A stretch of 64,000 bases of DNA from Auanema rhodensis (lineage: Eukaryota > Animalia > Nematoda): contig OZ059895.1 in assembly GCA_964057225.1 (NCBI GenBank), forward strand, positions 16,926,001-16,990,000. The letters are read 5' to 3'. The first letter of the stretch is position 1, and each line of letters opens with the position of its first letter. The notes under the pieces are model-generated. The model saw only the letters and a program-made list of their open reading frames with translations, was not told the DNA's origin and searched no databases. Both the position numbers and the translations under genes were made by a program. Shown here piece after piece: positions 39,262 through 52,100 of this stretch.

Positions 39262-40910
39262 TTATTGTTGTTGGCAACGCACACTTCCTCCTTCACCACC
39301 ATCATGACCATATCTGTTGCTTGATCGACTTGGTCCAACATCTTCGGACAACGTCAATATTTCAGCATCGTCAGCACCAATATGTGTATCAGCTTAAATG
39401 TTTTCATTTAAATTCAAAATGATTCTAAAATATCTTACTTTTTCCTGGTAAAAGTTCAGATAATTTAGATCTGGCTGATTCGCTAAGAGTTTTAGGGAAG
39501 TTAACTTTGAATTCGATCCACAAGTCTCCCTATAAGAAAATTAACAGTAAGTACAAGCAGTATTCTGCAACTCACTTTTTCTGATCTATTTCGTTTGAAT
39601 GGCATTCCTTCTCCAACGATTACCTTAAGAGATTCGTGAGCTATGACCTCTCCTTAAACAATATAATTAGAATAAAATGTTTGTAAAAGTTAACAAACCT
39701 GGCAAGCATGTGAAGAAGATGTCTCTACCATCTAGAGTCTTAATGCTCTTTGTGAAACCGCAAATAGCTTCCGAAAGCTGATAATAAGAATATTAATATG
39801 TCATTATATTACAAAACAATACCTCAATATCGAAAGTTATTAAAAGATGTTCGTCTTTGCGACTGAATGTTGAATGCTTCTGAAATTAATGGAAAATTGT
39901 TGAATTTGGATTTAATAAAAAACCATTTCATCAAGAACAATTATAACATTTCCAGCAGGTACATCTGGGTCAGGGACTTCATCTCCTTTGCCTTCAAATA
40001 TAATCTTTTCCCCGTCGCGTTCTCCGGGGCTAACTTCAACGGTGATGATTTCATCAGCTTTAACCTAAAATGAATAAAATTTAATAAGAAGCTTATAGAT
40101 AAGATTCATACCATTTTAGCTCCATTACATGTTTTACAACGATCTTTTGGGGCACAAACTTCCCCTTCACCTTCACAACTGGGGCATTCCTGTTGAATTT
40201 GTTGAACAAATCCAGGAGCTACCTGTATCCGCCTGAAAAACAAATTTAATTACTCAAATAAATTTAGAATGAACTTGCCTAACTTGGATTCCATTACCAT
40301 GACAATCAACACAAGGTTGAATATTTTTGCCTCCTTTGCCATCACATTTTCTGCATCTCATAGTTCTTCCAATCTTAAAAATTCATATTTTTTAAATTTA
40401 GAATACAATAAAATATTTACCTTAAATCGTTTAGTAACACCTGAGTATAATTGTTCCAAAGATAATTTTAAAGGATGTACGGTGGGTCTAACAGTTTGTC
40501 CTGAAATATTATAATTAATAATACGAATAAATACTACAAATCACTCACTTTCACCTCTAAATCCACCACCACCTCCGAAGAACATATTGAAGAGATCGAA
40601 TGGATTGTGGCCTCCACCACCACCTCCACCTCCATTTCCTTGGAGTCCTTCTTCTCCATGCTCATCATATATAACTCTCTTTTTCTCATCGGACAATACA
40701 TCATAAGCCTTAAAAAAAAAAATTAAATAGGTTCAAAATATAACTTTTTACTTGAGAAATAAGCTTGAAACGCTCTCCTCCCTCAGGATTTTTATCAGGA
40801 TGGTACTTTAAAGCTAATTTACGATATGCCTTCTTCAAATCACTCTCAGATGCATCAGGACTAACCCCCAAGATGTCATAGTAATTGGTTTCTTTGACTT
40901 TTTTAGGCAT
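39262..40910 (-). CDS. dnj-12: Type I Hsp40/DNAJA co-chaperone, 11 exons
   Basis: Exons 40910-40752, 40708-40549, 40500-40421, 40373-40279, 40232-40112, 40064-39924, 39879-39823, 39777-39699, 39652-39576, 39529-39439, 39392-39262. J-domain with HPD, G/F region, four CxxCxGxG-type repeats ([32 protein letters not shown]), GEGMP and a C-terminal CaaX (VRCQQQ*). Confidence 0.93.
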
Positions 40911-43292
40911 TTATATATGTTGTACCCTAAAAAGAAGCAGAATGCCTAAAATAAAGCAAAATAAAAGAATAAAAATATATCAAGTAAAAAGTGAGGGAAA
41001 AATAATGTTTAAATATATATATTGATGATGACTTTATTATATTATTTAACTAAAGAAATCAATAAAATAACACTTAGAACAAGTATATTGCATATTAGTA
41101 GAGTAGTAGTTGAATATATTCGTCTAGAATTTTCTGGTAAAATTTTCGATTTGGAGCGCAGTTTTCGCTGTGTAGCTTGGGAATTGAGCGGCATTTCTTC
41201 GCTTTACTGATACCTTTTTGTTTGCAAACTTATCAAGGAGACAATGAAAAAGAACAAAAATTTTAGAATAAGTGATAAAATTGAAAGCATAGGTGAAATT
41301 TAATTTTTATAAATAGTTTTAGGGCGAAACATTATAAGTCATTCAAGTACGGTTCATTTTAAAATATACTACATCACAATTTACAGATTTGCGTCCTGTG
41401 TTAAATTTATTGGATTTGCAAGCATTTTCTTCGTTAATATAACGAAGTTTTGTCTTTATTTGCTATTCTAAATATTCTTGGAGAAAAGATATATTTAATT
41501 CAATAAGAAGAGTAATTAAGTTTATATAGATTTTCAGCCATTAATCGATTAATCAATGAAAGTTAAATGAAATTGAAAAATTATGAGGTTATTTCATAAT
41601 TCTTCAATCAAAATGTGAATTATTTAATAAATTATTTTATGAAACAATATTTTGGGAACTTCGATTTTGTTTCTTCATAATCATGATAAAATGATATAAT
41701 TCAGGTGCTCCAATGCTTATCTTGAAAGGAATTTTATAAAGACATAGGTTTGAAAACAAAATCGAATCAGTAATCTTCGTTTCTTACACTTAGGTTTAAG
41801 TATAGATTCTCCCCAAAAATTGTGTTTCTCTATTCAAACGAATCTAGCACATTAAATGCTAGATCAAAAGTGTCTCTATAGCATATAAATCATAGAAGAA
41901 ATAAATCTAGTTGTGTATTTTCAGGCTGAAATATCACTTTTAGATTTTGCCTTGGAACACTTTATATACGAGCGATTATGAGCTACATAACGTCAATGTA
42001 TTTTCATTATATTTTTTTTCGATTAAACTTAAAAAAAAACAAAGAATAAGCATAGGAATGAGTGGAGGAAACTCACTTTCTATGGTTTCTTTGATCAGTA
42101 CTTGACTTGAAACAGTTTGCTTTGTATTCAAAAATCTTTAATCTAGGCTATAAACTCTTCGCAATTTTTCAGCTTAATGGAAAATGCCAATGAACTGACC
42201 TTATCAAAGAGTGGTTATAAGAAATAAGGAAAATCAGAGAAGTCTTCTGATTTGTGAAAATAAGGCTTAAAGAAATAGTTTCTAAAAATCTTACAAAAAT
42301 ATGAAAAAAAGATAGAAAGAATCTATTTGAAAAAGGAAAAAAGGAAATTAAAGATGGATGAAAAGATTATGTAAGATATAACATAATGAGACAATAAAAT
42401 GGGATCATATTGTAGTATAAAAGAAATGATTTGAATGTTTTAAATATGAAAATTTTCTTAATTTTACAAAAAAAGGTTAAATCAATAATGGAAAATCAGC
42501 GAATTAAGCCATCTTCTTCAAAAATATTGTAATTGGGATAATGTTGTCAAGATGCGCAAGATAGCAATAGACTCAAAATGTCTTTGAAATATGAAATAAA
42601 CAAGAAAATCTCTTCAACTTCATGACATTACACACACTAGACGAGTATTGTGCTCCTAAAATGGAGTAGGGATTACGCTCTGTTTCTCTTTCTCATCTTT
42701 CTCAACAACATCCGGTTGAAATATTCAGAAAGTTGGACCCATGTCCTGAGCATTGAAGTCTACTTTACCCCGGATGTGCTGCACAGGTACTGTTAGTGAT
42801 TCTCTTTTTTGGAAAAATGTAATTATTAACATGATTTTATCAATAGTTACATCAATCAGATTTCTATTTCGAAGTAGGACGTTTGTTGTCCGTTGAAGGC
42901 TCCCAAGGGATATTCTCATAACCGCACCATTGCCACTGAGACTTCTTCTCCATCTAGCTATCCATTCCCAACTTTTGCTCTTTCTTCAAAATATTGTTTT
43001 TCTTCAAATGAATATATCGACAATCGCAGTTCACTTTATCATCGCTTTAGTTGGAAAACCTTTTTTTTTGTCTTCGAACCCCTAATTGCCACAGCTCATC
43101 TATCTATCCAGATTGACTTGCAGCGTCCACATACCGCCTAATACCAGTCGTCCGCTTTATTTTTTTCTCAAAAATCATTTTAATCATATTTCTATCGAAC
43201 TTCTTGTTTTTTGTTTAAGGCTGTTCGTAAGAAATTCGAACTCCCTACCATAACCCTGTTTTGGACCTTCATCAGTGACACGGACAGAAGAA

Positions 43293-43326
<34 letters not shown>

Positions 43327-45241
43327 TCAAAGAGTTTTCCCATGTAAATATGAGATCAAACTACACTTCTTTGCACAAATATATCATTCGATTATCACTT
43401 TTTTTTGTGAACTGTTGCTCTTGATTTGTATTTTATCCCTTTTTTTCTATCTCTGAAGTATTTTTTGTTTTCATCTTGTTACAATTATTTGTAGGAAAAT
43501 AGAATTGAGCGAAGTATTTATTGAGATTGTTTCTCCAACCTTTTTCTTTATTCATTTCTCATCTTCGTTCTGAAGTTGAGTAAATTTTCTTTTAAAAAGC
43601 CACATGTCTTATCAATTTCTTCCTTATTTGAGGTATTGATCCTTATTGCTACTATATATTTCTTGAAATATAATGACTGATGTGTGTTAGCCCCCGAGAG
43701 TATGAAGTGCAAATTTCATCGTTATATTTTAAATTTCCTTATATTGGCATCAATCCATGAAAATCCAACAGAATCAATATTTGCTGTTTGCTTGTGGCTC
43801 TGAATCGAAAACTTTTGAAGTTTCTATTGTTTTCCGAATCGAGTAATGGGCAGTTGGTCCACTTCATGCTTTACATACACGAATCGTCCCGTCCAAGACA
43901 TCTCAAAACAATCCTTTTCCTTTTTTTGGTTTAAACAGAACATCAACCCAATTTTTCTCATTTTCTGATGATATATCAAAGGAAATAGCTTTAATTTAGC
44001 TTGTTATCATACCATTTACATCTTAATATTCACTATTAATTCTTTATAACTATGATTAAGAAAGGTAAAATTGAGATATAAGCAAAGCAAAAGTCGTACC
44101 AATCTTCTATCATATAATCTTTTATTAAACAAAAATAATATTCGCATACTAATAACTATAAATATGATGTTTTGATTGTGATAATGTCATGGTTTTGATA
44201 CAATATATACACTTGCGTGTACGCCAAATTCATTGTTTTTAACATTTTTCTTGTTAGAAATGCTTTAGCAAAGTCTTTTTTGAAGCGTAGCTTCCTGGCA
44301 TTATTGGCTCTTTGACGAAAAAAAGGTGAAAAAATGAGAGAATAAGAGAGAAAATGGGATGAGTGAAGATTTGAAGAGAGAAAATAGAAAAAGAGCGGAG
44401 TAAGTTCGAGAGAGAAAGGGAGAGAGAGAGTTAGAGCCAATTTTAGCCTTTAGGCTATGCAGGTGCGCAGTCAATTTAGGTCCAGATGGGCGGTCCCATC
44501 CATCGTCGTCAAGAACAAAAGATAACTCAGATTCAGCTTGTGCGATTTCTTTGTTAACCAATGCACCCTAATATATACTCTGAGTTTCCTTCGATTACTA
44601 AGGCAATTTAATAAAGAAGGAAAACTACACAGCCGTAGTTTTCATATTCCCCCCCCCCTTTCTCTCCCGCCCAACCTAAACAAGGAGAAGCCGTTTGGTA
44701 AATGTTGCTGATATTCATGTATCTCTGTTTCTACCACATCCAATTTTATATATTCTTCTAAATATTTTCTTTCTTTTTTTTTGGCTGTGCTAGTTTTGTT
44801 GGAATACTATAAATAGAAGTTGTGAAAATGTGTATTTTCATGCTTTCTGAAACATTTTCAACTGATTTTTTCCGTCAATTTCACATTCAAACAGCAGTTT
44901 TACGACATATTTCAAAGTTTTATCATGAAAACTTTATTTCACTTTATATGTCCTTCGGTTCCATCCTACTTGTCTCATATGCCCGTTATATTATTGAAAG
45001 TCTTTCAGAGCTTTTGAGAAATTTTATTTGAATTTTTGATTTTCTTTGCGACATCTTCAATTTTTTAACTTTTCCTTCGAAAGTTCAGCTAACCAATGAA
45101 CTAAAGATTGTTTTTTATCAGCATGAGTTCAAACTTTTTTTTCCAGTTTGGCTGAATACTTCAAAGAGATGTTATCAAAATATTTAACAGATCTATCAAC
45201 ATAGGATATGATTATATCATATAACAGGCTCCAAGATACCC

Positions 45242-48200
45242 ATGTTAGCCCAAGAATTTATTTTGATTTTGGTAAGTTTCATGATGAACTGTGCATATTA
45301 TCTTTTTTTCTTATCTTAAGCTTCTTCCTTCCATAGTTCATACACTAGGATGGGCAGGTTGGTCGCCGTGGACGGCATGCTCCAGAAGCGTAAGTTCATG
45401 CTTCTCCCATCTAAGACTATATCATATAGCATTTTGTTTTTTGTTTTTTTTTCTTAATTTGAGAGAGTTTTTCACAACTGTCACGGGGGTTATCCGATTC
45501 TTCTTCATCTTCAGTTTTTATTTGAAGAAAAAGAAAAGAAAAATGAAGAGAAGGAGGGAGAACGTTTAGAGAGGGAGAGAGAGAGAGAGAGAGAATATAC
45601 ATAAATAAATCTTCAATATATAGTTGAGAACATCTATATGAAACCTAGAAGAATCTTGGAAATACATAAGTGAATTCGTTGTCGTTAGTATAAACTGGAT
45701 TTGAGCAGCATACACCCTACTGACATCTTCCAAATTTCAACGAAAAAAATATATTTGGAGCTATTTTTTGTTGTTTTTTCTCCAATCATTCAAGACAATA
45801 TGAGAAGCGAAGTTGTTAACATATCTATGTTGTTTGAGAATAATCTGAATATACAACTATACTTGGTTATTTGGAAGCTGAACTAGTAGAATAGCTAGAC
45901 TTTAGCATAGTAATGTTTCAAAACAGATAGAATCATAGAAAATTCACTTGTTTAACTGAAGGTTGAACTAAAATAACTTAACATATGGTTAACTTATGCT
46001 TCAATGATGTTCTAGAATAATTAAAGATTTAGCTTATTATATTTATCCTAACCATATATTTTATAAATTATAGATTCAAATATTTGTTTTGTTTTGTTTA
46101 TAACATATGTGAAGATATTTTGATATTCAAAAGCGGAAATATGTATATATATATAACCATGATTGGTGGAGAAAAGAGTTGAAGCTCAATGGGAGTATGG
46201 GAGTATTGAGGGAGTGTTCCGACTCAATGTAGTGACAGTTAGAGCTTGGGCACAATCGTTCAAACTTCAAGTTGATATACATAAGAAACTTGATAAAGAT
46301 TTCATTTCAGTGCGGTGGTGGTGTATCTCAACAGCTTCGACGATGCCTCGATGAGAAATGCTCCGGACATTCAGTTCGATATCGTGTCTGTAATTCAGCT
46401 GTAAGTTTTGTATAGATCAAGCCTCTTTTATGATTTTAAGAGAATTTTATATCGAAACAGACATAACATCTTTTCAATTTTCATGAAAAAATGTGATTCT
46501 TGATACTTTATAATACATAAAAGTAGTATGAGTTAAGAGCTTTGACTTGTTCAATTGGCTATTTGTCAATTCCGTTGAATTGTCAGAGCTAATTCTCAAC
46601 AAACACTGAACATTTTTTTGAAGACTTCAAAAGGAATGAGAAATGTGCTAAAAATTTAAATAAAAAATCGAGAAAGAACAAGGAAGAAGTTGCTGAAAGT
46701 TTTTTTTTTTTTTTTTTTTGAAAAAAAATTGATTCAGGATTGTGATCAGCCTAGTCGAGCTGAACGTGATACAGTATGTAGCGGCCAAATTATCCTATCG
46801 CGACAGCAGGTAAGATTTTCTTGTTTTTCATTCAATTTTAAGTATTGATTTCACGTTTATTCCAGTGTTTTTTTTTATAATTCCATACTTTAGTGTGAAG
46901 TCGTTTGTCGTTCACGAAATACGGGAACAAGTTTTTTATGGCGGGTAGCGGATGGCACACCTTGTCAGGCAGCTTCAAGTCGAGCCGTATGTAGTCAGGG
47001 CTCTTGTCAGGTATTGCTTATTGCTCGAAATTTTGAAAAAAAAGTGCACAAATGCAATTTTTCTGAATAATTTCATAGAAATAACGTTAAAATATGAAAT
47101 ATTTCTGATGTCTTATGACATTACGTGAACTTTCACGTAAAATTGAAAATGACTTTGAAGTATACGTGACCTTTCATTGACCAAGCTATTTGACGTGAAA
47201 CACATGAAATAAAAGAAAACTTAATTGCTCAACTTTTCTAAAGAATATTTTTGAGAAATTGCTTTGTAAAAGAAAAGGAAAAGAAAAATCATTTCAAATT
47301 CTTAAATATCCTATCTTGAATAGAAAGTTGACTTTTCTAGGTAGTTGGATGTGATGATGTCGTCGGCTCCTCACTTCGATTTGATGCCTGTGGAGTTTGC
47401 GGAGGTCGGGGTGATACATGTGATAGTGCTCAGTTTGTTTGGAAAGAATCTGGTTAGATGCTGATCCATGTTTTCGTGATTGCACAACTTCTGATTCAGG
47501 CGAATTCACACCGTGCGCTGGCTCGTGTGGTGATGCAGCTGCGAATTTTCACAACGGTCGAGATGTTCGAGAATCACATTCGATCATCGTATGCGTTAAC
47601 TCTAATACCGGTCGTGTAGTTCCGGAACGTCTATGTGCTGATCGGAAGAAGCCTCAGTCGGTCAGTCGGCCATGTCCACCGCTGATATGTCCCAGCAAGT
47701 AAGTTGGAATCCGCTATTCAAGCTCATAATCAATAATCTACTAAAAGAAGTTAAGCATATCTGAATCTTAGACACTTTGATAGCTTAGTCACACAACATG
47801 TTCTTGCAAGATGTTTTGTTTTTGAACCATTCTATTCCTTTTTCTATCCAATTAAAGATTATGTGACTAAGGTTTTGAACATTTTCAAATATTTGTCTCC
47901 TCCTTTATGGTGTTGTGCACAAAATACTCGGAAAAGCTCAAACCTAGGGATTTTCTTTGACTAAACGCTGCAACTCATAAATTACCGAGAGGACCGGGAG
48001 GCAAATGGAATTACAGGATATGAACCTTCCTTCTCAGCTACACTATGTGTCGTGTGCAAATATATTTTTGAATCTACACAATACGCAAAAACAAATTCAA
48101 AAATACAATTTTTTGGATTTTTCTTTACTTGAAACATCAGAGATTTACATGAATTTCATTTGGAACATATCTTAAACTACTCCGTCGATAGCAGAAGAGG

Positions 48201-49080
48201 TTTTGATATCAAATGTCTAGAAGGTATTCTTCCGTTTACTGACAGAGAGCTCTTAGTCTTGATTTGAGATGAGCCACTTTCGTATCGTATCTCATTAATT
48301 TGATCTAAAGATGTGTGAGAACAGCTGGCTCTTCACGTAACAAGTATGTACAGGGACATGTGTATGTACATCCTTTACTGTGAGGTCACGCTTGTAATTT
48401 AAGCTGTTTTTTTCAAACAATTTGTCATAACATAATATATCTCTCTCTTAATGTCTCTCTCTCTCTCGTTCTCTCTATATCTCCATTCAATATCACAATG
48501 TCTTTTAAAATCTAAAATAAGAATGAAACAACAAACCCTTTTCAGCTGCCGGTTAGTTTAAAGTTTATGTAACTTATGCCTGTAAGAGCGGTAAGATGCA
48601 TGTGGTGTGCCCCTTAAGATTTGGGGATGTTGCTTAGAATGAAACGATTGTTCGTCATTTTAATCGAAAAAAAATTGTATTGAGCTAACAGTTAGTTAAC
48701 CTCATCTAACAATGTTATTTGTTTTCTTTTCATCAGCCTTTTACTAATACTTATATATATGAATTTACATGTGAGGCCGTTATTATCAGTTTTTTTCAAT
48801 TTTTGTTTTCAAAAAAGCTTTGTTCTGAGTATGGAATGCAGTGCCTTTTTCTTCAACGAACTTCAATAATTTTCTTTCATCTTCAGATTAATAATCTCAT
48901 GTTTCAGTTGGTTATCATCCGACTGGACTGAGTGCTCACCTTCATGCGGAGGTGGACGTCGAACCCGTTCTGTTTATTGCGTTCATCAGACGACAACACA
49001 CTCTGTTAGTGTACCGGATAGCTTCTGTCAGAATCAGACGAAGCCTGTAAGTATTTTTGCACAACCATTACGTTATAAGT

Positions 49081-49121
<41 letters not shown>

Positions 49122-52100
49122 TGCGCTGAAAAGCGGGGAACCTTGAAGAGAAAGATAAAGAAAGATAAGACGACATTGCGATGATATAAGAAGCTACTCT
49201 GATAGCCATGTTCTTATTAAAATGGTCTCAACAAGAAAATATAATTATGAGTTGAGAAATAAGTTATTCAACCGCATCGCGCGTATAAACGTTTTGAAAT
49301 GAAAATCAAAACAAATTTTCGTGAAGTCAACTGAAATAGTATTTCATGCTGACTAATTAGAGAAACTGATAGTTAAATGATCTTTTCTCTTCTTATTTAT
49401 ATAATTAAATATTGAAAAATAGATTATTATTACTATATGTATATAGTTAGAGAGACATTTATTATTATCTACTCACAATATGATGATGGTATTTACGTAA
49501 ATGGCAGTTTGCGGTTCATCAATCACTCTTCCATTATTCTATATTCAATCTGATAGTTTTGACAGCATTTTCAAAGAGAAGACGAATTAAGATCATACGA
49601 ATTACAATGAAAACATGAAAAACCTCGCCATTCCATATGTTTCGGTCGTAGGGTCAACCGAGTCTGTCATCCATCACATCACTAGATTCTGCTGTTCTAA
49701 TCCTATGTAAGTCGGTGGACGATGCCGATGTCCATCTGTGACATCTAAATCGTCGTTGGTTGAGAAACCTTTGGTCGCTGTACTTTGAAATTTGATGGAA
49801 TTTATCTTTGAATATGTAAAATAAAAACAAATAATATTAAAAGAAAATATATGAAGAGTTGCGGTATATTCCAGCAACAAGTTTACTGAAAGTTGGCGTG
49901 AAAAGCCTAGAGCATGTCAAGTGGTGCACTAGTTAACTCGTATTGACAGCTAATTTTTGAAGTTTTCTGAATTATAATTCGGAAGAATATTCTATTCCAT
50001 AGACAAGTTGTCCATTAATTCTCCGTTTTTACACTTACTTCATTAAGTTTTATGCTTATTAATTTCTAGAATTATCTTTATACATATATATAAGCTCATC
50101 AAATTAATGATTTTACAGCTTTCTGAAGAAGTTTGCTCCACCGGGACATGTGGACGATGGGAAACTGGAAGATGGAGCCGATGCTCCGCAACATGTGGTC
50201 AAGGAATACGACGTCGAACGGTAAGCTAATCAGCAGCAGCTCATCAGCCATAAGCTTATTGCTTCAGGTTGAATGTGTTGGAGGTACAGACTGTACTCTA
50301 CTATCACGCCCACCATCGGAAACGCAATGTTATACAGGAATTCCTTGTCATATGGGTCCATTTGTAGAAGAGCCACAAGCTTGGATATCTCAAGAACAGA
50401 AGTAAGTTCAGATGGCTACAAGTAGCACAGGGTTAATTGAGTTGAAAGCTGTTGTTGTTGCTGTTATTGTTTTCACACCTGAAAACGAATTTCGAGAATT
50501 CAGCAATCGAAAACGTTTTCGGAATATTCTACGACGTCTACCAATGTCAATCTCAATAATACTATGATGTATAGTGTACCGCTGCTGTCCTGCTGCTGAT
50601 CATTTGCAGTATTAAGAAACTTCGTAAAACCAAAAAAGATAATATCCATATATAAAGTATTCACATAGTATGCAAGAGAAAGATTATATAAGCCGTTTCC
50701 TGCTATTCTTGGTCGTCATTCATCATTTTTCGCCTCTGCTCTGCTTTATAAGCCCGCGCACCCTCCCTTCCAAGCTTCACTGCTCAACATCAGGGGTCTC
50801 ATAGGCCACGCCTACAACTAGCAGCAGACACAGCTCCACCCCCCATTTTCGGTATTGTACCCAAGAAATAAGCATCCTCAAGAAGCTTGACCCTTATTTT
50901 ATTTCAAAACGAAGATCATCAGCCAAAACCTTAAAAACAAACTAGCTTGTTCGTCTGTAATACAGCAATTATTGTATGGCATAGTGAATGATATTCTCAG
51001 TTAGAACATGAAATCGACACTAATTTTTCTAATTTTTTGCTCAAAACTAGCGGATTCTTAGTAAGTTTTACGCATTTTCACTATATTTTCATCTCTAATT
51101 CATTGTATTTTCATGCGAATTTCATTTCTTTAATCGATTGATCAAAACTAATTTATATTTTTTTAGTTTTGAAAGCACAACAATCAATGCATATATCTAT
51201 TTTAAAAATCTCAAAATAGCTATTTCTCTCTCACTTTTTTACTTTTGATTGTTCCGAATCTGAATTATATACTTTACTATGTGATTGCTTCGAAAAAAAA
51301 AGATTTGAGATCAAATTATAGGAGTGAAAATGCTGTTTCGTTTCACTTTTCCACTTAGCTTGATTGAGTTATTTTAGCCTGATTCGCCTGTTTCAAAAAT
51401 TTTAGAGAGGTTATGAAGCTGAGCAGAGAGAGAGAGTTATTGAGATGAAAACCTTTGAGAGAGGTGTGGACCATGAAAACTATTAAAAGCAGCTTTTGAA
51501 TAAAAAATATTTTCACTTATTTCAAGATGTATCCCATAATTAGTTGGAATATTTTTAGTGGTTTTCTCAAATAATTATTAGGAAAATCAGTAAATTTGTA
51601 AATAAATCTCAGTAATTTGTATATCACTTCACTTCAAATTTATATAGATTTTGTGATTTTTTTTTCAGTTAAAATCTAGTTTTTCTATGTCTGTCATGAT
51701 CTAACTTGCTCCAAGCTCGATAAACAAAGCAGGGATTTAATATCAATTTTTTTTATTTGAAAGCAATATTTCACATTATGTAATACTTGAATCCTTTTTT
51801 TGTTTGAGTTTAAGTCATATTTGATTGGAAAAAAAACTGAAGAGATTTATAGTTATTTGAAGAATTAGTGACAGCTAAAAATGCTGCAAATGCTTCATAA
51901 GGTTCATAAAGCTTATAAGCGAAGTTGTATCCATAACATGAACTTGAAGAATAAGCTGTTCTAGAAACATACTCTTTCTATCATCTTGCTCGTACACCTT
52001 GACGCGCTTTGAGTCATATCTAAAGAAACATAATGATGAATATCTAAGTAATCTATCTATTCATAAAGGTTTCAATCATTTCGAAAACTTTTTTTGTCTT

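Noticed and set aside
37504-40910. dnj-12 and rps-26 as an SL2 operon
   Set aside because: About 1.1 kb separates them, and the gap contains an opposite-strand gene and promoter-like motifs.
42725-44570. Short protein-like minus-strand segments between dnj-12 and madd-4 (e.g. ELSFVLDDDGWDRPSGPKL)
   Set aside because: Could not be joined into a consistent spliced frame and no family was recognised; BLASTX or RNA-seq would be needed.
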